Notes under the pieces: model-generated
The model's input: the letters and a program-made list of their open reading frames with translations, nothing else
Told to the model about the DNA's origin: nothing
Databases searched by the model: none
Origin: Gemmatales bacterium
GTDB taxonomy: Bacteria > Planctomycetota > Planctomycetia > Gemmatales > HRBIN36
Reading direction: 5' to 3'
Length of the DNA stretch: 64,000 nt
Assembly: GCA_041640595.1 (NCBI GenBank)
Contig: JBEPZY010000003.1
Coordinates: forward strand, 52,673 to 116,672
Shown here: positions 29,090 through 39,444 of the stretch, piece by piece
Position numbering within the stretch: position 1 is the stretch's first letter
Layout: every line of letters begins with the position of its first letter
Made by a program: the position numbers and the translations under genes

Positions 29090-29268
29090 ACCGAGCAGAA
29101 CGAAATTCGCTTCGGAAACCCTATCCGCCAGATGAGCGACGTTGGTCGAGCTAGCGGTAAAGCCGAGCGGGGCAAAACTCGCCTGGGGCTGCTTTCGCGC
29201 GGATGAGAAGCGAAGGTTCCCGGCGTGGCGGCGAAAGCGGGCGGGGCGAAATTCGCTTCGGGTGGCTA
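29090..29268. repeat. Degenerate tandem repeat, period 72-74 bp
   Basis: CGAAATTCGCTTCGG at 29101 and 29247, diverged CAAAACTCGCCTGGG at 29173. Confidence 0.7.
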
Positions 29269-29308
29269 ACAAAGTGGGCGGCTGTGCGTTTAACAAGCGG
29301 GTGATGCG

Positions 29309-29944
29309 GTGGATCGGACGGAGGAAGCGCAACTGGTAAACCGGGCCGCTGCCGGAGAACGCGAGGCGTTCGGTCGGCTGGTGGCCAATTATTGGCCGGG
29401 AATCTTTCGCTGGCTGCTGGCCTGCACGGCAGAGTCAGCGGTCGCGGAAGACCTGACGCAGGAGGTCTTTCTCAAAGCCTGGGCGAAACTGCGCGACGGC
29501 CAATTCGTCTGCGACCATTTCCGCGCCTGGCTGTACCGCATCGCCGCCAACGCCCTGACGGACTGGCGTCGCCGTTGCCGCATACAACACCATCACGCTC
29601 AGCAGCTGGTACCTCCAGCGACGGAAGCCGAACCGTCAGCGAGCCTGGCGGCGCGTGAGCTTCGCCAGCACCTCTGGCAGGCGGTGGGCGAATTGCCTTT
29701 GACCTATCGCATGCCGCTTTTGCTGCGTGCCCAGGAACAACTTTCCTTTCGGGAAATCGCTGAGCGACTCGGCATAACGGAAGAGACAGCACGCTGGCGG
29801 GTCTTTCGTGCCCGGTCGTGGCTACTGCGAAAGCTCGGCCCGCTGCTGGACGAGGCAAATGTATCCGCCGAAATGGGCTGCGACCCGGCGAGCAAAAACG
29901 ATCGGCTGGCACGGAAGGGCCGCGAAAATCAGCCTGGCGATTAG
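29309..29944 (+). CDS. ECF RNA polymerase sigma factor
   Basis: AEDLTQEVFLKAW, FRAWLYRIAAN (region 2); LSFREIAERLG...RVFRAR (region 4). Confidence 0.93.
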   Translation: MDRTEEAQLVNRAAAGEREAFGRLVANYWPGIFRWLLACTAESAVAEDLTQEVFLKAWAKLRDGQFVCDHFRAWLYRIAANALTDWRRRCRIQHHHAQQLVPPATEAEPSASLAARELRQHLWQAVGELPLTYRMPLLLRAQEQLSFREIAERLGITEETARWRVFRARSWLLRKLGPLLDEANVSAEMGCDPASKNDRLARKGRENQPGD

Positions 29945-30090
29945 TGCCCGAGCAACAACGATGAAGGAAACGGTCGGCTTATCGGTAGCGAAAGCTCGCC
30001 GCCCATCGGTGCCCGACTCGCTTCGCGCGGGGCCGGAACCAACGGAACCTGGCGAACCCAAGCAAACCGGTCTGGCACAAGGAGCAAGGC

Positions 30091-31980
30091 GTGGTTTGCC
30101 ATAAAGTGCTGACGTGGATGTTAGCGGCGGCCAAACCCGAAGAACCGCCCGATGCAGTGCTTCGTCATCTGGCGGCTTGCCCACACTGTCGGCAGGAGTG
30201 GCAGCGGTTGATTCGGCTGGAAGCGTTGCTGGCCGGCGTCGGGGAGGAAGGTTCGGAGCAGAGCAGCCTGGAGCGATTTTTGCACCAGCATGGGTTCGCC
30301 CCGGTTCCCAGCGGCGGGAATGCCGCTTCTGTGACCGTGCCTTCGACAGTGCACACGCGCGATCGGGGATCCAGGCGACACCGTCGGCTAACCTGGACAA
30401 TCATGACCTGTGCCGCCGGACTGGTCGCGGCAATTTTCGTCGTGTGTTTGATCCTCGGCCTGCCGCGCTCGCCGATCGGTGACCTGGCCGAAAAAGATTC
30501 AGCTGCCCAGCAAAATGATGTCGGGCCATCTGCCGCAGAGGGGCGGACTCCTGTTGACGGAACGAGTGCGCGATCCCCGTCGCCGCAGTCCACTACCGCA
30601 GCGCTGGGCCACGGGCAGCCTTCCTCGCCGGAACGTGTGGCCGCGGGACAGTCCGATCCGTTGCCGACAGCGACCGCACCAGGGCATGTGCCAGCCGTTG
30701 CGCCTCTGAATAGTCAGCAATTGCTGGCCCGAGCGGAGTCGGAGATGCAGTTGCTGTGGCGGATGCTTGACCAGACCCTGCCCCTGCTCGACACCGTTGA
30801 GCCGAAAGCCCGGTTAATTGGCATGCTGGAACTGGCCACGTTACTGGCGGAAGAAGCCCGGCGTCAGGCCAAAGAAGAATCGGTGGCGAGGTGTGTCGAA
30901 GCGACGGCACTTTTTGAACGGAGCGTGGCGGCGATACCGCGACTGGCCAGACGATTGCCAGCTTCCGACCAGCCGGAGCTCGTTGGGCAATGCCGTCATC
31001 GGCTGGCTGCGCTGGCGGACTCTGTACGTGCGGAGGCGTTGCAGCAACCCCGTTCCCTGGCCGATCCGCTGCGTCAGCTTGCGGAAACCGCCCATCGAAC
31101 CGCAGAAACCCTCGACAAACTCGTCCCCGGCAGCGGTCGCCATCCTGATGATCCGCAAAAGTCGGCAGGCAGCTCTCTTTCGGCCCGCATCGAGCCGGCA
31201 GCGGAATCACCCGCGCGGGCAAAAATTTTTAGCGACAGCGCCAACGCCAGCGACCCCTTCTTCGTTGTATTTACGGCCGACGAAGAAACATCCGCACCCG
31301 GCGAAGGCAATCTGACGGCGTATCTGTTAGGGCTATCCCTGCGGCAAGAACTGCTGAAACTGGTGCTGGGATGTGCCAGCCGACTTTGCGAGCAAGACGA
31401 TAGCCGCCAGCGCGTGGAGATCGGCCTGGATTTAGCGGAAGGGCTGGTGCGTTTGCTGGCGGTGGTCAGCGGAGCTGGCCCTTCGCCGCTGAGTGTGCGG
31501 ATCGGTGAATATCTCGGCGCCGCTCTGGCTCGCACGGTGCGAGGCAACTGGCCCAGCCACGATACCGCCAGCGACGCCCGCTCACCCAGCCGACAGCAGG
31601 CCTGGAAGGAAACCGAGCAACGGCTGACCGATCTGGTCACCGTGCTGCGCATGGAGACGGCGGAATTACCCGAAGAAGCGCGACGGGCCTGGGACAGAGC
31701 CATGGCGGCTGCGGAATCCGGAATTGCGGAAGCGGAATTGGCGTTACTGCACGGTCCACCACAACCGCCTCCTCCACCCGAACCACCAGCGAAACCGTCT
31801 TCGCCCGTGCCCAAGCCGACAGTCCCGGCATTGCCGACCAGGCCGGTGGCAAAACCGATCCCGGAGCCGCCTGCCAAACCGGAAAAACCGAAGCCTGTGA
31901 AACCTCCTTTCAAACCGGGCAAGCCATTTCCTGACCGATTCAAAGACATCAAAGACCTCTGGCACGGTAAAAAGCGCTAA
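30091..31980 (+). CDS. Putative zinc-finger anti-sigma factor, single TM
   Basis: HLAACPHC (HxxxCxxC) near the N-terminus, TM helix, Pro-rich tail; directly after the ECF sigma. Confidence 0.8.
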   Translation: MVCHKVLTWMLAAAKPEEPPDAVLRHLAACPHCRQEWQRLIRLEALLAGVGEEGSEQSSLERFLHQHGFAPVPSGGNAASVTVPSTVHTRDRGSRRHRRLTWTIMTCAAGLVAAIFVVCLILGLPRSPIGDLAEKDSAAQQNDVGPSAAEGRTPVDGTSARSPSPQSTTAALGHGQPSSPERVAAGQSDPLPTATAPGHVPAVAPLNSQQLLARAESEMQLLWRMLDQTLPLLDTVEPKARLIGMLELATLLAEEARRQAKEESVARCVEATALFERSVAAIPRLARRLPASDQPELVGQCRHRLAALADSVRAEALQQPRSLADPLRQLAETAHRTAETLDKLVPGSGRHPDDPQKSAGSSLSARIEPAAESPARAKIFSDSANASDPFFVVFTADEETSAPGEGNLTAYLLGLSLRQELLKLVLGCASRLCEQDDSRQRVEIGLDLAEGLVRLLAVVSGAGPSPLSVRIGEYLGAALARTVRGNWPSHDTASDARSPSRQQAWKETEQRLTDLVTVLRMETAELPEEARRAWDRAMAAAESGIAEAELALLHGPPQPPPPPEPPAKPSSPVPKPTVPALPTRPVAKPIPEPPAKPEKPKPVKPPFKPGKPFPDRFKDIKDLWHGKKR

Positions 31981-32105
31981 CCCCTCCGATCACCGCACCC
32001 ACCCCAACGCTTTTGAAGATTGTGGCTCCTTTCGTGCGCAGATCGAGAACCTCGAAGCGCCCCCGTAGTACGGGCACAGCGCGAGGCTTGGACGGGAGGA
32101 TTACC

Positions 32106-32765
32106 ATGCGAAGCAAATGCTACACGGCTATATGTGGGCTAGCCATTACCGCAGCGACGCTGGGCACGCCCGCTCTGGCCAGTGCCCATCACGACAACGA
32201 CTGGATAATTTTCTTGCTGATGTGGTATCTGTTCGGCGGCGGGCAAATGGGAAGCGGATTCCCGGCCGGACCGGCGGGATGTTGCTGCCCACCCGGTGGA
32301 CAACCGCAACCGTTACCGGGTGGACAACCGCAACCGGCCCCTGCTGCACCAGTCCCGGCTCCGAACGGCAACGGCGCCATGCTGCGTAACGGCAACGGAT
32401 TCATGCAACGGGCGCCGGGAGTGGTGAACGGCGGTCTGCCGTTCAACAACGGAGCCATGCTCCGCCAGCCGGGCAAGCCCAACGGCAACGGTGGACCCGG
32501 ACCGCAGATGCTCCCTCAGGGGAACGGTCTTCCGGCTATCGGTCAGAAGCCCGCCATGGCACAAAAACCCGGGCCAGGCGGTCACGGAAAGGCTGGTGGT
32601 CACGGCAAGGCTGGCCTTCAGCCGGGAAAGCCAATCGGAGGCAAGCCAAATGTTGGCCCACTTGGCGGAGGGCAAATGCCTGCTATTGGCGGCAAGCCGA
32701 ACGGCCTCAAACCAGGACCGGGCATGAAACCAGCCCCAGGCAAGCCGCAGCTCGGACGCAAGTAA
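32106..32765 (+). CDS. Secreted low-complexity Gly/Pro/Asn/Lys-rich protein
   Basis: GGAGGA RBS before ATG 32106; signal peptide; GCCC motif; NGNG and GGKP repeats. Confidence 0.7.
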   Translation: MRSKCYTAICGLAITAATLGTPALASAHHDNDWIIFLLMWYLFGGGQMGSGFPAGPAGCCCPPGGQPQPLPGGQPQPAPAAPVPAPNGNGAMLRNGNGFMQRAPGVVNGGLPFNNGAMLRQPGKPNGNGGPGPQMLPQGNGLPAIGQKPAMAQKPGPGGHGKAGGHGKAGLQPGKPIGGKPNVGPLGGGQMPAIGGKPNGLKPGPGMKPAPGKPQLGRK

Positions 32766-32827
32766 TCCACCCGCAGCAAAATTGCAATCCTGTCTGTTCG
32801 TGCAACCTCGGCCAGTCCGGCAAAAAG

Positions 32828-32862
32828 AAAACCCCAGCACAACGGCTGGGGTTTTACTTTTT
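32828..32862 (+). terminator. Rho-independent terminator (possibly bidirectional)
   Basis: AAAACCCCAGC-ACAACG-GCTGGGGTTTT followed by ACTTTTT. Confidence 0.8.
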
Positions 32863-33414
32863 GGAAGCAGGCTTTGACTCTTTGCACATTCGGAGCATGT
32901 GTCGCCGAGCTACCCGCACGGGCCGCAGACCTTTCATCCCCGCGATGGTCTGCCCACAGCTCTTCTGGCACATGCTGCGGACATGCACCCGCCGCTGGAT
33001 AGCCCTCACTGGATCGATCGCATTTTCCAGCTCTGGACGATTTCCGGAGGAAATCCAATCCGGCTGGGGTCCGCGATCAGGTTCGGTTGGCAATACAACC
33101 TCTGTTTCGGGCCATCCTGCCCGCTTCCATTAGTTAGCCTAGCCAGGGGAAGGCCGAGCGGCAAGAGGAGCGACAAAAAATTTCGTGAATTATGTCCGGC
33201 TCACGAGGTATGGTCATTTCTGTTGCCCGCGGTGTAACCGTCAGCGTGAGCGATTCTTTTTTGCCATTTTCTCCAGCCTGAAGATTGACGCACATTTTTC
33301 CCATACTACAATCTACTTGGACGGTCAGAATCGCCGTCGCAGGTAGCGGGCCTGCGCAGAACGGCGTAAAGTCGCGGGATCAGAAAAACTTTCACCAGCA
33401 GGAGGAGCGCAACG

Positions 33415-34101
33415 ATGTACAGTGTGGTGCTGCTGACCGCTTTGACGACGCAGACGGCCAATGCCAACTGGCTCTGGCATCACCGCTGGTTCAGCTGCCA
33501 CGGTTGGTGTCACGGCTGGTGCTCAGGTTGGTGTAGCGGATGGTGCAGCGGGTGGTGCTCGGGATGGTGCAGCGGTTATTGCCACGGCGTCTATTACGTT
33601 CCTGCGGCGCCTGTCGTTTATGTGCCTTACGCTTGCTACGGATGCTACGGTGGCCCCTGGGCCACTTGCTACGGCTGCCATGGATGCTATGGATGCTACG
33701 GAGCGGCACCCACGGGTGTTTACTATCCGCCGAGCCGACCTGTTGAGACGATTCCGGCCAAGCCACGCGAAGTGAAACCGGAGGGCAAGCCCGAAGACAA
33801 GGCCAAAGAAAAACCAGCTCTCGCTCCGGATCGAGCCAGGTTGATCGTCGAGCTCCCCGCGGATGCTACCCTGTACGTGGACGACCAGCCGATCCGCACC
33901 GAACCGAAAGCGGTTCGCGTGTTCACCACGCCCAGGCTCGATCCCAATCTCACCTACTACTATGACCTCAAAGCCGAGGTGGTGCGGAACGGACAGCGTT
34001 ACGAGGAATCGCGTCGTGTCATTGTTCGGCCCAATAGCGAAATCCGCGTGGTCTTCCCTGATCCGGAGTTGGCCGCAGTACGCACGGCTGCCACGCCGTA
34101 A
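33415..34101 (+). CDS. Planctomycete TIGR03000-type domain protein with Cys/Trp/Gly repeats
   Basis: MYSVVLLTAL N-terminus; GWCH/GWCS repeats; C-terminal ARLIVELPADATLYVDD...FTTPRL...YYYDLKAEVVRNG. Confidence 0.85.
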   Translation: MYSVVLLTALTTQTANANWLWHHRWFSCHGWCHGWCSGWCSGWCSGWCSGWCSGYCHGVYYVPAAPVVYVPYACYGCYGGPWATCYGCHGCYGCYGAAPTGVYYPPSRPVETIPAKPREVKPEGKPEDKAKEKPALAPDRARLIVELPADATLYVDDQPIRTEPKAVRVFTTPRLDPNLTYYYDLKAEVVRNGQRYEESRRVIVRPNSEIRVVFPDPELAAVRTAATP

Positions 34102-34186
34102 GTCCGCATTTTTTCCGGGAACCGACGTCGGCACGGCAATCTGCGGCGGACCGAATACATTTGCACGGCACAGTCGGCTCCCGTAG

Positions 34187-35272
34187 CATGGCTGGCTTAC
34201 GCCAGCCGCTCCTGGTGCACGACGCCAGTCTCCGGAAAAATAACGCCATTCGCGCTGAACACACGCACGTTCTACAAGAGCGGCGGGTGTCAGCCCGCCG
34301 TGGCTCGTGAACCGAACGCTGTACCGCGAGAATCGAGCATTGTCCAGCGGCTGTCGAACGCACAGTCACGAGCGGCGGGCGTCAGCCCGCCGTGGCTCGG
34401 TGAACCGATCGCTGTACCGCGAGAATCGAGCATTGTCCAGCAGCTGTCGAACACGCACCCAAGAGCGGCGGGCGTCAGCCCGCCGTGGGTGTGCAAATCG
34501 CGTCTGCAATGGCAATGCGTGGGATTTCCGTAAACGGGTTCGCATTCCGAGAACATACCACGGGGGGCTTACGCCCCCCGCTCTTGTGTTGCGGTGCGCG
34601 CGTCTGTCGGCGAAAACCGATTTTTGCGATGTACATACGCACATCCGATCAGGAGCGGCGGGCGTCAGCCCGCCGTGGTTCGGTGAACCGAACGCTGTGC
34701 CGCGAGAATCGAACATTGTCCAGCGGCTGTCGAACGCACAGTCACGAGCGGCGGGCGTCAGCCCGCCGTGGTTCGGTAACCGCACCTGCAATGGCGATCG
34801 GTTTTCGCGGAGTGATTACATTCACCACGCACGATCGGATGGTGCGCCACGGCTGGCTTACGCCAGCCGCTCCTGGTGCGCGACGCCAGTCTCCGGAAAA
34901 ACAACGCCATTCGCGGTGCACAAACGCACGCTCTACAAGAGCGGCGGGCGTCAGCCCGCCGTGGTTCGGTGAACCGAACGCTGTACCGCGAGAATCGAAC
35001 ATTGTCCAGCGGCTGTCGAACGCACAGTCACGAGCGGCGGGCGTCAGCCCGCCGTGGGCTTGGGAAACGCACTTGCAAGAGCGCTGTCGCAAAGTCGCGG
35101 TAGACTGCCATCGGTGTGCTCACGAACGCTTGTGCAGTGGCGGTAGAAAACCCACGGGGGGCTAACGCCCCCCGCTCTTGCGTTGCAGTGCGAACGTTTG
35201 CCGGCGAAAAACGATTTTTTCGATGCACAAACGCGTAACCCAAAAGAGCGTCTCGCGTCAGCCCGCCGTGGT
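34187..35272. repeat. REP/BIME-like mosaic cluster 2
   Basis: Same hairpin family and linkers as cluster 1; one linker (GTGAACCGAACGCTGTACCGCGAGAATCG...) occurs four times. Confidence 0.9.
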
Positions 35273-35487
35273 GTGTATTGGATTGCGCTTGCGACGGCTA
35301 CACATAGTCGGTGGCGGTATATCGGGTAGCTACCTTGTAACAGCTAGCCGCCACGGTGCGTGAACAGGATCGTACAACGCATCTGCATATCGGGCAGCTA
35401 AGGTGGAGCAGCTGAGCCGTCGTCCAGATTTTCTCCAAGACGAACGCTCACGAGATGACGGCATATCGGGCAGCTACGGTGTGGGAG

Positions 35488-35691
35488 CTACGGTGTTGGA
35501 CTGCCGCCCACCGCCGGTGCGGCATTGCGTTGCATTTCGCGTAACTCGTTGGGCAGATCGAAGGGAGATTTTCGTGGAATGTAGTCGGGGCTATCTTTGA
35601 GGTAATGGGGCGACGGAAGCGTCATGCCGCCTTCCCACGTCTGGCAGCCCACCATGAGCAAAAGACTCAGCCCCAGCCACCACCCTTTCAT
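35488..35691 (-). CDS. Small lipoprotein
   Basis: MKGWWLGLSLLLMVG-C lipobox followed by GGMTLPSPHYL; start moved to ATG 35691. Confidence 0.75.
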   Translation of the reverse strand: MKGWWLGLSLLLMVGCQTWEGGMTLPSPHYLKDSPDYIPRKSPFDLPNELREMQRNAAPAVGGSPTP

Positions 35692-36149
35692 GAGCGAACT
35701 CCGATGAGACGGTCTGCAAGCGAAGAAAAAGTCGGCATCCCTGCCGACGTAAAGTTTATCCGACCCTCCCTGGTCGGGCATTTTCAGCGTTCGCCGGTTT
35801 GCGGAAAGACCGCAGCGCTGGCTGAAGAGCGACCGCATGGTCAGTATCGGCAGCGGTGTGGGTAAAACTTTAGCGACTTTGCCGGGCTTTTGTAGTGGGG
35901 TGAGATTTACGGTCGCAAAAGCAAGAGATGGCGGGTTGATGACTGAAGGTTTGCGGAGCGGGTCGGTTGAGTTGAATTTTCCGGCCACAACCATGGCGAG
36001 AAATGCGAGGGGCTGGCGGCTGGCAGCCATGTGTTTTCCGCCCGTGGCAAAAAATGGCCTGGCGTGGCCAGAGAGCGTTTACTTCGGGCAAGCGGTTTGC
36101 TATAGTGGGGCTATTATCGGTCGAGATTTCGAAAAGCGGGAAACCGTGC

Positions 36150-37016
36150 ATGAGCGCTAACCGCTGGGCAAGACCGGAACTGTCCGCATCAGCGGATTGG
36201 TCTGCGAGCTGGTCGCAGAAAAACGGCACTATTTCGTCGGGTGGTGACCGTCTGGCGGTGCCGATTTGCTGCCATTGGGGAGATGGGCCTGGTGCTCGTT
36301 CCGTGCCTGTGCGTGTGCTTTGTCGCCGGGAAGTTACGGCAACCGCATCGAAAGGCTCCAGCTGGCGGGCGTGGACTACTGCGGCCAATGCAACATCCTT
36401 ATGGCAGGGAGTTGCCGCAACTTTTGCGTTCGACCTGACCGCATCTTTGCGGGAGGTGGTGAAGGATATTGTGATGCGGTTGCCGGAACTGGCCCACATT
36501 CGCGTCGAGCAACTGCATATCGGCATCACTCGCGCACGCCGACGGGGTACCGGTCTGCTGGCACGCATTACACCGATGCGTTTTCCTGGCGGCAAGCTCT
36601 GGGCTCGCTACGGAAACACGCTGTGCACGATTCAGCGATACTGGCGGGACGGCGTGGAATTGCTTTATTTACTTGCGTTTTGCGTGCCGCGGTTTCTCGA
36701 CCTGTCGTTCGACGAAAAGATGGTCACGATTTTGCACGAACTGTGCCACATTTCCCATGCCTTTGACGGTGACCTGCACCGTCATAGCGGGCGTTATTGC
36801 CTGCACACACACTCCAGGAAGGCCTACGATCGCCGCATGGCCCTGCTGGCTCGGGCTTACCTGAACACCGGGCCCGAGGAACGCCTGCTCGCTTTTCTCC
36901 GCCTCAGAAGCCGGGAACTATTGCAGCGTTATCCGGTGCTGGTGGCGGAATGGCTCCCCAATCCGCGGATCATTCCCTGGCCCGTTAATGTGTCGCCTGA
37001 GCACGACGGCCAGTAA
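36150..37016 (+). CDS. Putative zinc metallopeptidase (HExxH)
   Basis: PRFLDLSFDEKMVTILHELCHIS...FDGDLHR; start uncertain. Confidence 0.7.
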   Translation: MSANRWARPELSASADWSASWSQKNGTISSGGDRLAVPICCHWGDGPGARSVPVRVLCRREVTATASKGSSWRAWTTAANATSLWQGVAATFAFDLTASLREVVKDIVMRLPELAHIRVEQLHIGITRARRRGTGLLARITPMRFPGGKLWARYGNTLCTIQRYWRDGVELLYLLAFCVPRFLDLSFDEKMVTILHELCHISHAFDGDLHRHSGRYCLHTHSRKAYDRRMALLARAYLNTGPEERLLAFLRLRSRELLQRYPVLVAEWLPNPRIIPWPVNVSPEHDGQ

Positions 37017-37193
37017 GGCCGGGCACCTCAGCCTCGAGCGTGCTGGAGCAGGATTGCAGTCGGGGCAGGTTTTGCCCAAACGGTAAGTGCCAGGGCCGCG
37101 CAAAAACCTCAACGACAGCTGTGCTGCCAGTCTCGCCCAGACAGAAGCGGCCGGAACTGCCCGACCCGCATTCGCCGATCGGCCTGGTTTGCA

Positions 37194-38252
37194 TTACTGG
37201 AACGGGCTGCCTTCGGGGACACCGGTTCTGGCAGGAGGTGGCGGAAGGCTGGGAACTACTGGGGCTGGTGTTGGTGGCGGTACTGTACCCGGTTGGGCTT
37301 CGCGGAAGGTTTCGTGCAAGCGTTGTAAATCCTGGCGTACCGAGAACGCGCGAAATTCCCGCAATTCCAGCACTGCCGGCCCCACCAGCACGATCACTGC
37401 CGGGATAAACAGACAGAGCACCGACGGAAACAGCATCCAGAAGGAAGCGCGGTTGGCGACAGCGTCGGCCTGCTGCCGCAAGGCGGTTCGCATCGAAGCG
37501 GAATATTCGAGTAATCCCCCGGCGATGTCGGTGCCGAGTCGTTCCGCCTGACCAAGCACGACGGCCAGGTTTTGCACCTCCGGCACCTGGGTGCGTTCGG
37601 CAAACTGCTGCATGGCAAAGCCGAGATTGCGAAGCTCCGCCTGCTGTGCGGCCAGCAAGAATTCATCCGCCAGCACCGGATATGGGCCGCGCATTTCCTG
37701 GCTGACGCGATACAGTGCCTGGGGAACGTTCATACCCGCGGTCAAACACAAAGTCAGCATGTCCACGGCGTGAGGCAAACCGCGTTCGATGGCGCGAGCA
37801 CGTAGCCGACCCCGGAACACAATGTAAGCCCGCGGCAGACTGAATCCGAGTGCGGCCAGGATCGCCCCACCGACCAGCACGCCGGCTATGTATTCCGGCG
37901 GCACAATCAGAGCCAGCACCAGAGCGCCGAGGATCGGCAACAGGGTCAGCCCCGTGCGTAACGCCAGGTACTGGGTCAGGGCAGTGCTGCGGTAGTAACC
38001 GGCGGCCCAGAGGTCGCGCTGCAACTCGGAACGAGTGGATTCCGGCGTGGGCAAACCGCGAGCCAAAGCTTCAGCGACCGGACCGAGGGTCAGTTCGCCG
38101 GACGACGGTGTGGCTGTTTCCGGACGATGGCGCCGGGCGTTGCGCCTCTCCTGCCACCAGGCGATCACCGCCATCACCAGGGCAAAAGTTACGCCGGCGG
38201 CGACACAGAAAATCACCAGCACCGCCAGCACGCTCCAGGGGATCATTCCCAC
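37194..38252 (-). CDS. tadC: TadC-like T2SSF platform protein
   Basis: LPHAVDMLTLCLTAG, QAERLGTDI; TM helices; Tad operon context. Confidence 0.88.
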   Translation of the reverse strand: MGMIPWSVLAVLVIFCVAAGVTFALVMAVIAWWQERRNARRHRPETATPSSGELTLGPVAEALARGLPTPESTRSELQRDLWAAGYYRSTALTQYLALRTGLTLLPILGALVLALIVPPEYIAGVLVGGAILAALGFSLPRAYIVFRGRLRARAIERGLPHAVDMLTLCLTAGMNVPQALYRVSQEMRGPYPVLADEFLLAAQQAELRNLGFAMQQFAERTQVPEVQNLAVVLGQAERLGTDIAGGLLEYSASMRTALRQQADAVANRASFWMLFPSVLCLFIPAVIVLVGPAVLELREFRAFSVRQDLQRLHETFREAQPGTVPPPTPAPVVPSLPPPPARTGVPEGSPFQ

Positions 38253-38347
38253 GGTCTCCCGATGGTTCGCATAGACTGGAAGGACTCACGCTTCCGCCAG
38301 GACATTTTCGTGCCGAGAGTCTTTTTCCGTTTCCAAGCAGCGCGGCC

Positions 38348-39295
38348 TCAGTAATCCACGCGGAGAATCCAGTAAACCCAGGCCAGGCCAATGATTTCCA
38401 GGATCGCCGCGACTGCCAGGGCCGTCAGTCCAGCGCTGGATTGAAAGAACCGACCCAGGTAATCGGGCTGCCAGTACCACATCAAGACAAACAACACCGG
38501 CACGCTCAGAGCAATGGCCCAGGCGGTGATGCGTGCCTGAGCGGTAACCGTGCGGAAATATTGCCGGAACTGGTTGCGGTCACGGACACTGGCAGCCAGC
38601 CGGTCGAGCAACAACGGCAGGTTTCCACCCGCCGAGCGATGTAACGCCACCAGCGCCACCAGGAGATCGAAATCCGGCAACTGAATCCGCCTGGCTGCCG
38701 ATTCCAGGGCCGCCGGTACACTGAGTCCGAGGTACATCTGCTCGGCCATGCGCCGAAATTCTCGCCCCAGAGCATTGGGCGTTTCTTCGCCGACGTGAGC
38801 GATAGCCTGCTCCAGGCTCAGATTCGCCCGCAGGGAACGCGACAGGCTGAAAATCACGTCCGGCAATTGTCGCTGAAGTGTCTCCCGTTGTCGCCGGCTA
38901 AAATACGCGAAAACCAGTAACGGCACCGCCATGCCCACCAGCAAGCCTGTCGCAATCCCTGCCAGACTCTCCCACCACAAATAACCAGCTGCCGCTCCCA
39001 GACACGAGCTCAGAACGACCCACAGCAGGCCGGATTCCACCGTTAAGCCCAGACCGCTGCGCTCCAGTAAGAGTTGGAAACGCAAATCGAGCCGGCGGGT
39101 CAGGTCTTGCGGTTCGTCTATTTCGCGGGCGGCACGGAGCACGATGGTTTCCGCAGAGGGATCGGAAGGAGGTTGTGCCTGGGCCAGGCGTGCTCGCCGA
39201 TTCTCCCACCAGCGCAACACCGCTATCGCCACCAGCAACGTCAATCCGCTGGCGACGATAAGGATCAGAAACATCGTCAGTTTGGCTTCAGGCAT
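38348..39295 (-). CDS. tadB: TadB-like T2SSF platform protein
   Basis: QLPDVIFSLSRSLRA, GGNLPLLLDRLA, TAQARIT. Confidence 0.88.
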   Translation of the reverse strand: MPEAKLTMFLILIVASGLTLLVAIAVLRWWENRRARLAQAQPPSDPSAETIVLRAAREIDEPQDLTRRLDLRFQLLLERSGLGLTVESGLLWVVLSSCLGAAAGYLWWESLAGIATGLLVGMAVPLLVFAYFSRRQRETLQRQLPDVIFSLSRSLRANLSLEQAIAHVGEETPNALGREFRRMAEQMYLGLSVPAALESAARRIQLPDFDLLVALVALHRSAGGNLPLLLDRLAASVRDRNQFRQYFRTVTAQARITAWAIALSVPVLFVLMWYWQPDYLGRFFQSSAGLTALAVAAILEIIGLAWVYWILRVDY

Positions 39296-39444
39296 GACTG
39301 GCTATCCGGTTTTTCGCATTGCAGGTCGGGCTGAGCGATTGCAGCGGCGTGTCGTCATCGTCGCGTTGCCAAAGGTGTGCCGACGGTCTGTTCATGCAGA
39401 TAACGTGCCAGCGATGGCCAGTGAAGCGGTAACCGCTGTTCGTT

